From Octopus sinensis (taxonomy: Eukaryota), in NCBI RefSeq assembly GCF_006345805.1, contig NC_043006.1, forward strand, positions 64,294,001 to 64,358,000: a stretch of 64,000 nt of DNA, given 5' to 3'. This document shows, one piece after another, positions 63,339 through 64,000 of this stretch. The translations under genes were made by a program, and so were the position numbers. The notes below the pieces were generated by a model that saw nothing but the letters and a program-made list of their open reading frames with translations, did no database searches and was not told the origin of the DNA. Position 1 is the first letter of the stretch. Each line of letters opens with the position of its first letter.

Positions 63339-64000
63339 CAGGGTGCAATGGGTAAATTGTCGCCATTTTATATTTTTTATTTCGCGTACGCGCATTTTTT
63401 GTTTTTCATTTTGTCGATTACACAGCATTGTAGGGCCAGCTGGGCACCGTTTGTGAGAAGAACAGCACCATGACGCAATTCATTATGCCAGAAATTTAGA
63501 AAATACATGCTGTACTGCTTGGCAATCGCACCGGAATCTCCAATACGAGCATTTCAGAGTGTTTGGGTGTCAATCTGAAGACTGCGATCTGAGAGTGACA
63601 AAAATCAAACACCCAGTGAACATCTTGTTGTTTGGAGTGATCACTAGTGATAGCGAGGTTATGCTTCCATTCATGCTTCCACACGGCCTCAGACTCAACA
63701 CGGAGGCCTACATCAAGTGCCTGGAGGAAGTAGTGCTGCCCTGGGTCAAGAGTGTGGCTGATGGAAGACCTTATGTCTGGCAGGAGGACTCTGTACCATG
63801 TCATACAAACAGGAGACCCCAGTCATGGCTGTCAGACAATTTCTGCTACCTAATCACCCACAAACATCTGGCCACCTAATCATTATGTGTGAAGCGCAGT
63901 TGAGCAAGAGACCAACAAAACTCCTTGTAACACCAAAGATGAACTGAAGGCAAGGATTATGGCAGTATTCACCTACCTAAACAAGCAGACCGTCCAGAAG
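63339..64000 (+). mobile_element. Decayed maT/DD37D-like Tc1-mariner element, running off the right end
   Basis: cagggtg start; ORF 63559-63879 TKIKHPVNILLFGVITSD...GLRLNTEAYIKCLEEVVLPW...PYVWQEDSVPCHT. Confidence 0.82.

Overview
This is AT-rich, microsatellite- and transposon-dense animal genomic DNA. The SINE/RTE repeat types resemble those I recall from octopus; that species call is inference and was not searched. One host gene is recognisable: WDR12 (ribosome biogenesis factor, Ytm1 orthologue) on the minus strand. I reconstructed coding exons 1-7 by hand from 11856 down to 541 (about 224 aa, GT-AG introns, phases consistent); the rest of the gene lies off the left edge. From about 12 kb to 64 kb I found no other supported gene. 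That region is a graveyard of RTE, R4/Dong, other LINE, Penelope-like, mariner/Tc1/maT, hAT and Gypsy relics, SINEs, fold-back elements and simple repeats, with one 100-N gap. Nearly all entries in the ORF track are microsatellite translations or decayed TE fragments. The most interesting unexplained signal is a set of minimal type-I hammerhead-ribozyme-like motifs in at least five different short repeat types. One sits downstream of a tRNA-like Pol III head inside an inverted composite that inserted into a Tc1 relic with a 9-bp target-site duplication. All structures were folded by eye and none was computed; TE relic boundaries are approximate.
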